A stretch of 64,000 nucleotides of DNA. Source: Octopus vulgaris. Its lineage: Eukaryota. The position numbers and the translations under genes are program-made. The notes under the pieces were generated by a model. That model saw only the letters and a list, made by a program, of their open reading frames with translations. It had not been told where the DNA came from and did not search any database. How positions within the stretch are numbered: position 1 is the stretch's first letter; every line of letters starts with the position of its first letter. This document shows positions 50,144-64,000 of this stretch, piece by piece. The stretch lies in contig OX597820.1 in NCBI GenBank assembly GCA_951406725.2, positions 128,216,001 through 128,280,000 of the forward strand, written 5' to 3'.

Positions 50144-51765
50144 GTATAAAGATATATAATGTCTATATCATTCGAAAGAGAAAAAATAATTCTACATAAA
50201 GTGTAAAAAGTAAAATAATTTTACTTTTTACACTTTATGTAGAATTATTTTTCTCTTTCGAATGATATAGACATTATATATCTTTATACAATTCGAATAA
50301 TTTTAATGCACAATTAATTCAAATGATTAGAAATTGTCGACAAAATAAGTTTAAGACCGTACTAAGATTATACAAATTAATAAACCAAATGGGTGGTCAT
50401 ATGGCTGATCGTACTGCACTGTTTTGTTTAATAATCGAGTAGTGTTACACATTAATTCGCTATGGGAAAGCGCCGTAGTATCAGCCCAGTTACTAGATCA
50501 AAGATTGTGTTGCTTCGTCAGAGAGATGTGCCCTTCAGGAACATTAGCTAGCAATTAGGATGCAGCAAAACGGCTTGTGTTCAAGCATGGAAGTTTTACC
50601 AAGCCACTGGCCAATATAAAGATCGGCAAAGAACGTGCGCGCCGAGAAAAACAACAGCACAGATGGATCGGCGAATTCATAGGCTCTCTGAAGGTAAACG
50701 AATACTAACAGCAGTGGACATTTGCAGTGGACATCTGATGAGATTGACATCAGCTTGACACCTCAAACTGTCAAAAACCGCTTAAAAGAATTTCGACTGT
50801 TTGCCGGATCGCTCGAAAGAAACCGATGATTTCTGAGACGAACCGGCGGAAGCAGACTAAGTTTACTAAAAGACATATTGAATGAACGGCCGAAGACTGG
50901 TAAAGAATTCTTTGGAGCGACGAATCCCGCTTCTGCATCTTTGGAACAGACGGAAAGTCTTATGCTAGACGTAGTCCAACTGAAGAATTCCATCCTAAGT
51001 GTGTCAAGAAAACGGCGCAAGCTGGGGTGGGAGTAATGGTGTGGGCCCTGTTCAGCAGTTTAGGTGTTGGTCCAGTTGTTAAGTTAGATGGCAGACTTAA
51101 CAGTGTAGGCTATCTGCAATTAGCAAATGAAAATATATTTAAATAATCAGATGCCACCGGGATCTATTTTCCAGCAGGGCAATTGCCCCGTTCATAAGGC
51201 TAAGGAAAGTTTGCAATATTTTGAGTGCAATAATATGATGGTTATAGAATGGCCTCCGCAGAGCCCGGATTTGAATCCAATAGAAAATTTATGAAATTAT
51301 GTTTCTAAAAGAGTTCATGCTAAAAACAAACCAACAAATTTTTCCCAATTATATGAATTTAGTGAAGAAATATGGCAGAACATTCCAAGCAATTTTTGTG
51401 CTCATTTGTCGAGCTCCATGTCTCGCCGTTGTAAGGCCGTAATTGAAAATAATGACTATGGAACTAGATACTAATAATAAATTTTTGTTCATTAATCATT
51501 TGTGCCGTAAATTTTTCAATTTACATAAAATATTGTTGGTACGGTCTTAAACTTATTTTGCTGACAATTTTGAATTATTTGAATTAATTGCGCATTAAAA
51601 TTATTCGAATTGTAGAAAGATATATAACGCCTATATCATTCGAAAGAGAAAAAAATTCTACATAAATTGTAACAAGTAAAACAATTTTATTCCGTTTTGT
51701 TAAAAAAATTAATTAATGAAGGAATAGAACTGTCATCATCGGTCTGAAAGTTATTTTGGCCAGTG
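50140..51765 (+). mobile_element. Degenerate Tc1-like transposon with long TIRs; left end replaced by a fold-back
   Basis: Transposase relic 50462-51473 (ILWSDESRFC, VMVW, WPPQSPDLNPIENL, SMSRRCKAVI); 50218-50365 is inverted at 51535-51690; right end CAGTG-TA. Confidence 0.88.
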
Positions 51766-51825
<60 letters not shown>

Positions 51826-52031
51826 TGTGAGTGTGTGTGTGTGTTTGTGTGTGTATGTATATATGTGTGTATGTGTATATGTATATATATGTATATATAT
51901 ATGTGTGTGTGTATGTATATATATGTATATATATATATATATATGTATGTATATATATATATATATGTATATATATGTATATATATGTATATATTTGTTA
52001 TATATATATATATATATATACATACATGCGT

Positions 52032-52110
<79 letters not shown>

Positions 52111-52549
52111 TATATATATATATATATATTATTTTACTTGTTTCAGACATTTGACTGCATCCATGCTGGAGCACTGCCTTGAAGGGTTTTTAATCAAATA
52201 AATCGACCCAAGGACCTATTTTTTAAAGTCTAGTACTTATTCTATCGGTCACTTGTGCCGAACCGCTAAGTTACAAAGACATAAGCACACCAACACCGGT
52301 TGTCAAGTGGTGATGGGTAGACAAACACAGATACAAAGACACACACATATATATATACATATATATAAATACGACGAGATTCTATCATTTCTGTCTACCA
52401 AATCCTCTCAGAGGGCTTTGGATGGCTCGAGGTTACACCAGAAAACACTAGTCCAAGGCACCACGCAGTGGGACTGAACCCGGAACCATGTTGTTGGGAA
52501 GCCAGCTTCATAGCACACAGCCACGCATGCACCGTATATATATATATAT

Positions 52550-54000
52550 AGCCACGGCATGCTTAGTCATCCACTCAGCGGCTGCTGAGAGCAGATGGTC
52601 CATCTGACGAGCAGAACACGAATACGTCCCTTCCACAGAAAGTAGAAGTGCAAGCGCTCCACTTTGATAAGCAGCAAAGACGCGCAATGGACGATGGCCA
52701 GGTGGTAGTAAATGACGGAAGTAATGTACACATCTGCCACCTCCGCCCGACCCTTTAGGAGCAGCCTCTTCTCTGTCCCATTTCTGAATGAGATTGGCCA
52801 CAAACCTCGTCATCTCCCCACCTCAGTTCTTGACCACTTGAAGGTCTGGACCAAACCAGCCTCCAAGCAATTTAACCGGTCCTTCTGTCCAGCGCCCCAC
52901 AACGCTATCGAGTAGCATGCACCTGTCACCACAGATGCCGAGCTGCAGGCCCACCGACTTCTCCAGGTTAGTCTTTGTTCCTCTCACCCCTCACAATTCC
53001 GATAAATGACCATTTACTTTGACCACCGAACAGATGTCGCTGCAGACTGCCGCGATCCAGCCTCTAAAATCGTGTCCGAAACCGACCACCGCGAGGAAAG
53101 TCTCCAATTATTGATGGTCGACCCTGTCAAAAGTTTTTGATTAATCCAAATTGATCAGGGCCCCACCAATCCCAGGTTCCTTGCCAACCGTTTCTGGGAT
53201 GTAACGAGTGAGGTGGTTATCATGGATAGATCTGTTTGGAACAGCGCATGTCTATGGATAGTTTCTGGAAACTATCCATAGGCCCCGGCCCGAAAGTCCT
53301 CCGCGAAAGACCAGATAAATGATCTCTCTCAACGCTCTGAGATTCTCCTAAGATGTCATCGCTCTTGCTCATTGCTATTCCCCTATAGAACTCCAATGTG
53401 GAACTTTCACCGACCACATTGCCTGACTGGTTGAGGGCTGTGAGCACTAGCCGGCATTCCAGATCCTACGCGCTCATCCTCAGCCAGTTTATCGACAAAC
53501 GCCAACCTCTTTGCTAACACCTTGGCCAAAATCTTATAATCTGCGATTAGCAGAATTACGGGCCTAAAATAATCTCGTCCCCCTTGGTCGATTCCTTTTT
53601 TAGCAGCACGACCACACCACGGCTCACAGGACTAGAATTCTCCCGTTTTGTTGCCAGATGCAGTAGACATCCGCCAAGAGTTCATCGAACATGTCGAGCC
53701 CGTCCTAGTCCGTCAAAGACCGAACGAATTGTAGCTTTGTTTCCACGTTGCACCTCTCCTCTTCCACCTGGACCATCCAACGGCTTTCATCCCCTCGTGA
53801 TTTAATGCACGCGCCCTAGCTCTGACAACACAACCTTCGTATCTGGTACTGAAGAATTTATTAAGAGGTAATCTCACCGCCAGCACATCAATCGCTATGC
53901 CTCTATTAAGTGCTTTTCTAGTTTCCTATTCCTCTAACGTTAATTCTTTACGAAACCCTAACACCTTTACTCTAATGTTCTTTTTCAGTGCTATCCACCA
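52550..54000 (-). pseudogene. Degraded, rearranged Tx1 ORF2 related to 6419-9814
   Basis: LKGRAEVADVYITSVIYYHL, RLHFYFLWKG, LINLD*SKTFDRVDH, RPVILLIADYKILAKVLAKRL, RRTFGPGPMDSFQK. Confidence 0.85.
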
Positions 54001-54699
54001 TCAATTGAACCAAAGCTACTGAAAGAAAATGCGATTTAGGTAAAAGTTAAATCATTCGATTAGATACTGGCACCGAAATGAGGGAACTGGTCTAGAAAGA
54101 ATCTTAAAAATTCTTTAGAATAGCTGAAACTGATAAAATACAACAGAGATGTAGGAATAAATTAGAAAAGCGTATCACAGAATAGTTAGACTTATATTAA
54201 AGGCCGAGCTCAATACTAGACATAAAATTGTGTGTGTGCAGACAATCTATCTTGATTATAAATTACTGCTGCAACATGGTTACATGGAAGTGTAATAAAT
54301 TGAACAGCCAAGACAGAAAAACATGGAAATACTGGTGACGTTCGGAGGTCATTATCCCAAGACCGACACAAATAAAATACACCCAACACATAACAGAAAG
54401 CAAACAGTATCTGATACAAATAGAAAACTACTACGAAGGTTAAATAGTAGCTTTAGAAAATTACTTGGAAGCAAGCTAGTGAAAACATAATTAGTGTACT
54501 AAGGAAATATGAAGTATATCAAATGTTTTTACCAAAAAAGCCATATCCCCATTGTTCTTCAGATTTTCCTTCTCCACTCGGACAGCCATGTAAACTAAAC
54601 TTTACAAAGAGATTTACACGTCTTCGTGAAGAGTATCCAGCTTCTTGTTTGCTTTTTGATACTCCGTGTTTCATGATCAGTTCCTTATTAGTTTCCTAT

Positions 54700-55500
54700 C
54701 CTTCTCCGGTTTCTGTTTTTGCGTCATTGCTGCAAGACAACAGTGTAGCGCTGCTTCTTGTTGCTTGAAGCAGGTCTTTGGTTTCTCAGTCACCGCTAGT
54801 CTTTAGTTCTGGTGGCACAGAAGATAAGTATTTTTATTTGTTTCCATTATGAACAATAGCAAAGCTGCAACCGTAAATCAACGGTAGCAGCAACTTCACC
54901 TCTTCCTTTGTTGGTTGTTACCCTTCCCTTCCCTCTTCTGGTCTGAAGCCCTTCAAGTAACCTTTACTTCTGCAGCTGTAGAAGCAAGGTTTCTGCTTTA
55001 CACCAACAGTATGATCGGCTGCTTCACCACTCCATTAAAGGATTGGCAAGATGGGATAGTCATGTCTTATTAGGACTCGATGATAATACAGCCGCAATCC
55101 GACTATATGCTCTTGCTTCTTACCTCTGCTCTCCATCACTTCCGACAACTTCCACACACTAGCAGCATTTTTGATGTCACAATAAACGACCTTACTGTTT
55201 TTTTAAAACGTATTTATGTCACCTCCCTCCGCGCCCTTACCTACATAAAACTTTCGAGTAAGGAGCTACTGTCGTTTGTAACACAACTTGTCCACTCTTC
55301 GTTGATTTTGTTGAGTTGATTCGCGTAGAGTCACTCATGTTAACCCTTACCATTTACAAATTTTATAATGGTGTTGTTTTTGGTGTAATCATTAATCTTC
55401 ATACTCTTTTCTACATTCAGATTGATGCTTTCCACACAGTCTTCATTCACACTTACAAGTGTGAGTGTGAATGCTTAAGCTTGACTCTGCATATGTTTGA
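54700..55500 (-). pseudogene. Highly degraded Tx1-family ORF1
   Basis: Knuckle remnant QKPCFYSCRSKGYLK near 54950-55000; upstream of the ORF2 relic on the same strand. Confidence 0.45.
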
Positions 55501-55984
55501 TATTTTCATCGAATACATTTTTTTGTTTTTCGATTCTGTGATCTGTGCTATTTTACTGTCTATTTTAGATGTTGATGACGAGCCCGGTGTCAGCGATTGT
55601 AATTATGAGGCATTTGAAGCAGCTGATGTCAGGTAAACAAACATCTATATGTGGGTATCTGTGTGTGTGTGTGTTCGTACACACATGTATGTATATAAGG
55701 ATATGTATATGCATATTTGTGCGTGTGTTGTGCGTGTGATTATAATCTTGATCTTTGTAATTATGACAGGGATGTCATGAACTATGTAATTATAATTATA
55801 CGAACTAATAACTTCATATTACGAAAACGAAGGATAAAATATGAAATATCTAAAGGAACTTAGGAAATGAGTAACGCTAATGATATTTAACCATTTGCCT
55901 ATGGAAATTATTTGTCCTAAATGTCCATGCTTGTTTTTAGACTTTAGTTAGCCCTAGTTTCGTCTTTTCTTTCTTTATGTGCCC

Positions 55985-56290
55985 TGTCCAGAATGTAGGA
56001 CATAGGCAATCTAGTCCTGCTACAATTCTCTGCTCCCTGTTTTCTGTAACATTTCCACTCCCTGATGTTTAATACCTCTTTCTTCCAACCAGTTCGCCAA
56101 GCTTGACATCCACATCATTTTTCCCCTTCCTCTCCTTCTTTTCCTTTCAATCTTTCCGGTTATCGCTACATTTTCCAGGCCCTGCTTCCTCATCCGATGA
56201 CCAAGAAATTTTTGCTGCTTGGCCCTCATCTCACAAAGCAGTTCCCTATTTACCGCAGCCTAGTTCATCCTTTCTTCATTAGACATAATA
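55985..56290 (-). pseudogene. RTE-clade LINE 3' fragment
   Basis: QQKFLGHRMRKQGLENVAITGKIERKRRRGRGKMMWMSSL is a typical RTE ORF2 C-terminus. Confidence 0.8.
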
Positions 56291-56624
56291 TCCAAGCTTC
56301 TCTCAATAGTTTCATGCTTTATGAATAATACAAAACTTTCCTTTCTTAAGTCCATTTTACTCATAGATGCCAGGGAAACATATCTATATATCTTGTGTAT
56401 CATATGTGATGCACAGGACAAGCAATGGATGTTCACATGTCTCACAGTGAATAAAAATAAAAGACATTTATGTAAATGAGTAGAGTCAAAATTATCTATG
56501 GGAAATTTTAAAAGCTTTCTTGTTGACGAGTTGTGGATAAAAATACAAGACTTTTCTGGAAATGAATATCGACAAAAATATTTACAGAAACTTACGAAAT
56601 CAGCATCGATAAAAATGGTGTCTG

Positions 56625-57221
56625 GTCAATTCGTCGACAGTAATTTGTCGTCGTTTAATTTTGTTCCCAGTCAATTCGTCGACAGTAATTTGTCGTCGTT
56701 TAATTTTGTTCCCAGTCAATTCGTCGACAGTAATTTGTCGTCGTTTAATTTTGTTCCCAGTCAATTCGTCGACAGTAATTTGTCGTCGTTTAATTTTGTT
56801 CCCAGTCAATTCGTCGACAGTAATTTGTCGTCGTTTAATTTTGTTCCCAGTCAATTCGTCGACAGTAATTTGTCGTCGTTTAATTTTGTTCCCAGTCAAT
56901 TCGTCGACAGTAATTTGTCGTCGTTTAATTTTGTTCCCAGTCAATTCGTCGACAGTAATTTGTCGTCGTTTAATTTTGTTCCCAGTCAATTCGTCGACAG
57001 TAATTTGTCGTCGTTTAATTTTGTTCCCAGTCAATTCGTCGACAGTAATTTGTCGTCGTTTAATTTTGTTCCCAGTCAATTCGTCGACAGTAATTTGTCG
57101 TCGTTTAATTTTGTTCCCAGTCAATTCGTCGACAGTAATTTGTCGTCGTTTAATTTTGTTCCCAGTCAATTCGTCGACAGTAATTTGTCGTAGTTTAATT
57201 TTGTTCCCAGTCAATTCGTCG
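56625..57221 (+). repeat. 45-bp tandem repeat, ~13 near-identical copies
   Basis: Unit GTCAATTCGTCGACAGTAATTTGTCGTCGTTTAATTTTGTTCCCA (3 x 15-bp subunits); one substitution in the last unit. Confidence 0.97.
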
Positions 57222-57609
57222 CTGTATTACATATTAATTTTTTCATAAAATCTAAGATTGTAAGCAATTGCTTTTAGAAAAAATAATTCTTTGGTTTGGA
57301 TCATATTTTTCCGTGACAATTCTTATACTCAGGTTCATATCTCTGTACTTTTTCTTTTGGCTTGGTTCTTCTCCTTGCATAAACTTCTGCAACTTGGTAC
57401 TGGCAAAGCTTTCCTCACATTTAATCCCATCAATAAGTTTCCAAATATTTGGATGACTAATATTCACTGTATTTTTCAGTGCGTTGTAGTAGGCTTCTAA
57501 ACTATTTGTAGTACGAGCAATCCCCGTCATACATCGATCCCAAACATTCCATATGAGTAATGGAAATGGAGGTTCAAGCTGTTGCCTCCTCTGTCCTCTT
57601 CCTCTAGAT

Positions 57610-57712
57610 CAGTGGTTCCCATCCTTTTCACAGTGGATCCCAACAGCGGTTCCCAACCCTTTTGTTTAAACGAATTTTCCCTCGGACCCCTTTTAATATA
57701 CTTATCCTTATG

Positions 57713-57752
<40 letters not shown>

Positions 57753-57831
57753 TTTGAATTTAGTTCACGGACCCCCAATACTACCTTTGAGAACCACCAG
57801 GGGTCTGCAGACTCCAGGTTAGGGAGCACTG
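57610..57831. mobile_element. hAT-type MITE inserted in the MULE transposase
   Basis: Ends CAGTGGTTCCC / GGGAGCACTG; degenerate 8-bp TSD CTCTAGAT / CTGTAGGT. Confidence 0.7.
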
Positions 57832-60734
57832 CTGTAGGTGGTCCTATATGATTATTTTCAAAATAGGATACAATTGACTGTGGAATATCATCATCATCTA
57901 CAAGTTGTTCTTATCCATCTACAACATCATCAACCGGCAGGAAGGCAAGGGCAACAAAACACCGCATTTTTAGACTAAAACTGTCATCTTCGTGATATCA
58001 GTATTTTAGTCCTCCTTGTACAACATGCTTGTACGCATTTAGTCCTAAATGAAACAAGCAGCATGCAAAATTCGTCCCAGGAAACGATTCCAGATATCCG
58101 TTATGAGCTGCTTTTTCGAAATCAATAATTATATTATCAGATCCTTCATTCTGCAGTAATTCATTTATTTTGGCAAAATGTCTTCTATATGTGTATTGAC
58201 TTTTGTCAGAGAGCAATGCGGACAATCGTGGGGCATTAACATTATCAATTTGTATGTGGAGTGTATATAACTGAAAAAAATATACAAGAGCAGCACTTAA
58301 ATGTTCCATTTGCCGGCCAGTTCTTGTGCTGTTTTAACTGTCGAAGTGCTTCGTCACTTACAAGTATTACTATTCGCTTTGCATCTTCTCTCTCGCTGTC
58401 ATACTGTCAAAACGTTTTATCATTGTCAAGGTAGCAGTATTCACTTGGAATGGAAAGCCCAACATTTGTAAGGGGTGGCAGGATAGATGGAATCAGCTTG
58501 CCTCCAACATCAAATATTGCTTTGAAGTAGTGCGAATGGAGGTATTTGCAACAATGTACAGTCGTTTAAATTCTGAATTTCACGAGAGATAATTGAGCGA
58601 GGGGCATCACGAGATGAAATAGACTTTACTTTAATATTAAAAAAAACTATTATCCTTGCATTCACCTCTGCAGTAGTTCAAGCAAGATTAAAGATCCCAA
58701 TCTTCTTAATCTCTTTAAAATTTTCATCTGTTTGTAGTCAGCCTTGTACACCCGATTTCGCACCTCTAATATATCTTCAATCCATCTGCATTCTGGTTAT
58801 TTTTTGTGTTTATATAATTTTCTTGATCGACCACTTTGATTATTTTCTTTCTCTAAAGTTATGATCTTGCTGGTAATCATGTTGATGGCGAGGCGTATTG
58901 AATAAATTTAATTCGAATTACTTGAAAATATTTGCTCGTAAACTGTTCAGCGCAGATACTTAAGAAAGAGGCGGGGAGGGGTTAAAGAAAGGAAAAATAT
59001 ATCTAAAAGTTTCCAACAACAATTTTAATTCTAAAGGGATTGTTCTAAACTTTCCCTCGAAAATCCCATTTAAGAGTATTTTGGGACGAATTGGCCAGCG
59101 CCGAATTGACCTGGAGATGAATTGATCAACGACGAATTGACCGGGGACAAATTAACCGACGACGAAATAACTGGGGAAGAATTGTCCTCGCACCGATAAA
59201 AATAACTTGAACAATCGATACAGTACTTCTGGTGATCATTTATTACCTATAATACAAATGTAATTTCAAGTATAACCTATTTTCATATTACTGACAAAAG
59301 TTTATTCAATGATGTCTTCGTTTTAAATGTTGTTATTGCTCAAAAATAGATGCACACAGCAAAAACAAACTGAACACCACATCTCATCCAGACCTTGCAA
59401 ACAAGCAGTTGTCAACAGCGTTGCTGTGAAGAACAAGCAGCGACACTCGCTGCGTCAGCCACTCCACAGCAATAGGTCATTTTCCTTCGGACGTACGCCT
59501 TCATTTCAATTTGATAGAGAAGAGCAGTAGTCCAGTGACCAAGGACACAAGAACTACAACAGTAAACGGATAGAAAAATAATCTTCTGCTTTAAAGGCCG
59601 ACCATTTAGTCCACTTTCTCTCCTTTGCGCTACGCACAAGGTAATTTCCTGGGTTTATGACCGAAGCCAGAAGATTAACCGTGAAGAACGCACCTCAGCT
59701 CGAGGTGTTCCTCACAAAGATCTTATCCTATCAAATACATTCTAACGAGTCAAAGTTTTTTTTTTTACCTCTGTTCAGATACTAATTGTCGTTGTAGTCA
59801 AAAGCCAACAAGCTTCCATTTTTTTAGGAGTAAAATATAACAATGTGAATAAACTCCGAACAACCGATTCTCGGTCTCAGTTACTTCACTTCACGTAGGT
59901 TTTTACTAACAAATGATATCAGGAAGGCATTAACATCACAACTATGTTCCTCTTGAGTCATTAAAGTAAGTCATTTGTTTATAAATATGTCTAATCAGAA
60001 AATGTCAAGCAATTTCCATATAAAGAAACGAGAAGACAGGGAGGAGTAAAACGTTGAACTAAATACATTATAGAGATTAGCATACCTTCCCTCCCATATT
60101 GCCTATATTCAAATTCTACTGGGATTAACTTTGCATTTTATCTCATTAGGGTCGATAAAAAAACGCGCCAATAATATACTGGAGACAAATTAATGGATGG
60201 TAGCCATTCTCTTGTAAACATTGGCTGTATGCCGAGTATAAAAAACGGTAAATTAGTTATCGTATTGAGGAATAACTAGATTTTTATCATTTATTATTAT
60301 GCATGAGTCAGCTAGATATGAACAGGCAGTCTATAAACATGAGTGGGTGAAAGAGTGAGTATTCGTGCGTGGGTGATATGGTTAAAAAAAAAAAGAAGAG
60401 GGAAAAGAATAAAGCAAACCTGTTTACGTTTTTTTTTTTTTTTGAATTGACATCAGCGTAAGAAAATATCATTATGTTTTGTAGCTTTAGTTTGTGGGTT
60501 TGAGTGGTTTTGTGAATGTGTGTGTGTGTGCGTTCGTTTATGGAACGTATATATTAACATTCTGGGGCCTTCGTGCACTTTGGCACGCCAAGCAAGAATG
60601 AAAGCACTTAATATAATAACATAAATTCAATTATATATACGTATATATATATGTGTGTGTGTGTGTGTATGTATCTGTATGTATGTATTTAAACATAATT
60701 ATGCATGCGCACATGTGTGGTTATTTGTATGCAC

Positions 60735-60809
<75 letters not shown>

Positions 60810-61189
60810 CTTATGTATATATTACTTGCTTCTTTAAATCCTCAATTTCAATAAAATCGGTGTGACATACTTTACTTCAGCTTTCTTGATCGAAGCATTT
60901 TATATTATTATTATTATTATTAATACGATGAGCTGGCAGAATCGTTAGCACACCGGGCAAAATGCGTAGCGGTATTTCATTTGTCTTTACATTCTGAGTT
61001 CAAATTCATTCCGCTGAGGTCAACTTTGCCTTTCATCCTTTCGGGGTCGATATAATCTACTAGTCCCCTCCCCCAAAATTTTAGGCTTTGTGCCTTTAGT
61101 AGAAAGGATTATTATTATCTTCATCCTCATCATTATTATTATTATTATCCAGTAGTCATGTTTTCACTGCGTTCTTTTATCACTCTGCC

Positions 61190-62050
61190 GAACGTGTCTT
61201 GAGTATGTGCTGTGGTTTGTTTTCGTTTCGTTATTTTTACTGCATAAGATGTGTGCATTGCCTCGCTGTGCTGTTTTCTGTATGGTATATACATTGGTAA
61301 GTCTTGGGGGCTTCGGTATTTGTCAGCATGTTTTCATTTTTATCATTCCCAAAGCTACTATTATTATGGGGATTGTTTCTGCTTCAGGCCTCACCGTTCG
61401 GGTTACTTCAATCTCTTTATATTTCGATAGTTTTTTTTTTGTTTTGCTTTGTTTTTTACTATTTTAGGGGTTTTTTTCTGTGTGTGTGTCTCTCTCTTGA
61501 TAACAATGTCTGGTCGATTACCGTTGATCTCTCTATCAGTGTGTATTAGCATATCACAGAGTATAATTACTTTGTCATTTATTTTCTAAGACCTTTTCTG
61601 GTATATAACTATGCCATTTCTCTTCTGTTAGCATTCCATAGTATTAGCACGGGGATATATTTTTCTTGACCAAACCTGGGAAACCAGAGTCAATATGATT
61701 TATTGTTCCTTCCTCATATTCTGAAGTTAAATATTCAACTTCGCTATGAGCTTTTTAGTGGCTTCTAGTAAGGACGCTATGATCCTGTGCTGCAATTAAG
61801 AGAATTTCAATTTCTTCTCATCTAGTGCTGAGATTTTCCATTGACTTTTCATTCTATTCGGCTTATTCCAGTATTTGCCATGTAAGGGGTTTTCTTCCTA
61901 TCATTTCATCGTGGTGTTCTGTAGTTCCAGTTTTAGCTTTAGATTTTAGTTGCTTTATAGTTCTTTTATTCTCTTCCTTTCCTTCACACCTATCAATTAT
62001 TCTGGTCTTTCCATTGTATTTTTCGGCTTCCTTGAAGACAAAATCAGAGA
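61190..62050 (-). pseudogene. R4/Dong-like (restriction-like endonuclease) non-LTR retrotransposon 3' relic
   Basis: Minus-strand fragments KPLHGKY, LIAAQDHSVLTR, TINHIDSG, IHTDREINGNRPDIVIK, KYKEIEV, IPIIIVALG, TAHIL. Confidence 0.75.
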
Positions 62051-62616
62051 TTAAATATATGTTTATTAATCGTAGCGCTACGACCGTCTAAATGTTTATG
62101 CAACATTTTTTTTCTGCGTCAAATCTAAGATTAATTTTATAATGGTTTCTAATTTAGACACAAATCGGAAAATTTATTGGGAGGCGATTAGTCGATACCA
62201 TATACGCCAGTACTTTACAGGTATTTTATTTTATCAACCTCTGACCTTCGCGAAGTTTGAACTCGGAAGGTAAAGAGCCGGAAGAAATACTTTGCAGTAT
62301 TTCTTCCGGCACTTATGATTCTATCAACTCGCCACCTCACGTTAATTTAATAATCCTTTCTACTTTTGACACAAGGCCCGAACTTTTTAGGAGAAAGGTG
62401 CTAGTCGATTATATTGATCCCAGTACTTGATCTATACTTTATTTTATCAATCCCGGAAAAGTGAAAGGCAAAGTTGACCTCAGCGGTTATTGAACTCAGG
62501 TCGTAAAGAACCAGAAGAAATGACGATAAGAATTGTGTCCAGCGTGCTAAAGATTCTGCCAAATCGTTACCTTTTTATTAATTTAATAACAGGGATCCTA
62601 AAGACCTAAAGACTCG

Positions 62617-62650
<34 letters not shown>

Positions 62651-64000
62651 AGAGAGAGAGAGAGAGAGAGAGATGTTATTTTGTTACGCTTATTTCTCCA
62701 ATATAACCTGTACAAATTATAGCCAGTAGTGATTTTTGCAACAGCGTTTCAATTACGAGACGACAAATGTAAACAAACAATGAAATCTAAGATGAAAAAT
62801 GGATAATGGACATATATGTCATATTTCGTGGGGGGTAGGTTTCCTCTTCATCAGCACCCATTTAACCATTAATTAATTTCGGACAGACTACTTAAAAAGT
62901 CACCATTCATAGAGGTGTAAAGATATTGGATATACCAATTTACATATTAAACGCATTCCTGGAAGCTGCTACGTAAATACTAATGATTTTTAGGTATGTG
63001 GTATTTCGGTATGCAATCATAATGTATTATAAAGTATATTAAATAATTACCACATTCTACTGCGTTAACAGTGCGTTTTACATTATTTTGTTAAGGTCAT
63101 TACTTCCGATATTCTATAGATGTATTTAAAGGAACTCTACTCTGATCCTTCCTATATCAAAACTTACACCGTCTCTGAAAGTAGGCGATGAACAAACTAG
63201 CCCGTTATATAAAAGTTATGTAATGTGCAGTGAAGTTGCCTCATCTTGCCCTCTGCACTCCACAATGCGTCGCTGCAACCGCCATCCCCTCTGTTGAACA
63301 ATGAAACTTTCTTCCAACGAGTCCGCCGAGTCAATCTTCAAATGCAAGCCCTAATATACCACGTAACCCATACCTGAGAGATGCTACTAATAGGTGCCAC
63401 TACTTTGGGTCAGAGTAGACCTCGGAACAATAGTGGTCAAGAGGTAATTCTACATACCTCGAATCCCTGAAACTCCCGAATCAGTTTAAAGTCATACTCA
63501 GGATAAAGCGGACAGATATTGTGATGACGACGATAGAAGAGAAAGGTGAGTAGGATAGATACAGGTCAGTACTGAACTAGTGATTATTGCGTGTTGACTG
63601 AGATCTCTCCTTTTTAGATAAAGAACGTTTTATTTTTCTGTAATCTAAAACTTGGAGTAAGAAGATAACGTGTACATGAGCATGTGAATAAAAGTAGGGG
63701 ATTGTGTGGGGGAGTGTGCAAATAATTGGTACTCTGTCAGCTTTGTGAATAAATCATTGTTATGTATAAAGTAATTGTTCAGGAATACAGTATATTTCAG
63801 ACATTGTTTTACAAACCAACCTTTGCAAGGCAAGGTCATTACATATATATATATATATTGTTTGGGGAAGGTTAGAGAAAGGGTTGTCATTTTATTAATT
63901 TAACAATGAAATATTATTTTGTGGTCGAAGTTGTAATAATAGTACTTTCATTTAAAAGTGACACACATATATGACAAAATACTTATAAAATATTAAGTAC

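Larger units (their letters stand above)
56617..59194 (-). mobile_element. Mutator-like element (MULE) with repeat-rich TIRs and 9-bp TSD
   Basis: TSD GATAAAAAT at 56608-56616 and 59195-59203; ends GGTG.../...CACC; transposase relics RTTNSLEAYYN..HPNIWKLI and IIDFEKAAHN..FPG..CCLFHL. Confidence 0.9.

Noticed and set aside
56498-57248. Three ~200-aa repeat ORFs; CRISPR-like appearance
   Set aside because: Identical 45-bp units with no unique spacers and no cas genes; part of a MULE terminus. The ORFs follow from a stop-free unit whose length is divisible by 3.

Overview
AT-rich, microsatellite-dense eukaryotic DNA. The SINE families and the (TA)n/(TACA)n/(TAGA)n landscape suggest an octopus-type cephalopod, which is an inference. 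I see no host protein-coding gene, rRNA, true tRNA or CRISPR array; the window is almost entirely nested mobile DNA. Main elements: (1) an intact Tx1/L1-clade LINE (ORF1 + APE-RT ORF2) inside a Helitron; (2) two ORF1-only relatives that share its 3' tail, one with a clean 19-bp TSD, plus a tRNA-SINE with the same tail; (3) a nearly intact Penelope-like element (PLE) whose RT frame appears reachable only through a U-UUU-UUA -1 frameshift or splicing, plus three PLE relics; (4) at least five unrelated small non-coding modules in or next to (TA)n tracts, each with a type I hammerhead ribozyme (HHR) and tandem and/or fold-back structure (retrozyme or mini-PLE-like); (5) Helitrons of three families, Tc1/mariner relics, a MULE with a 9-bp TSD and a 45-bp satellite in one end, and R4/Dong, RTE and Tx1 relics. 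The two best candidates for new biology are the shared-tail Tx1 / ORF1-only / SINE group with a conserved U1-complementary site after ORF1, and the diverse (TA)n-associated HHR modules. All calls are by eye; boundaries without TSDs are approximate.
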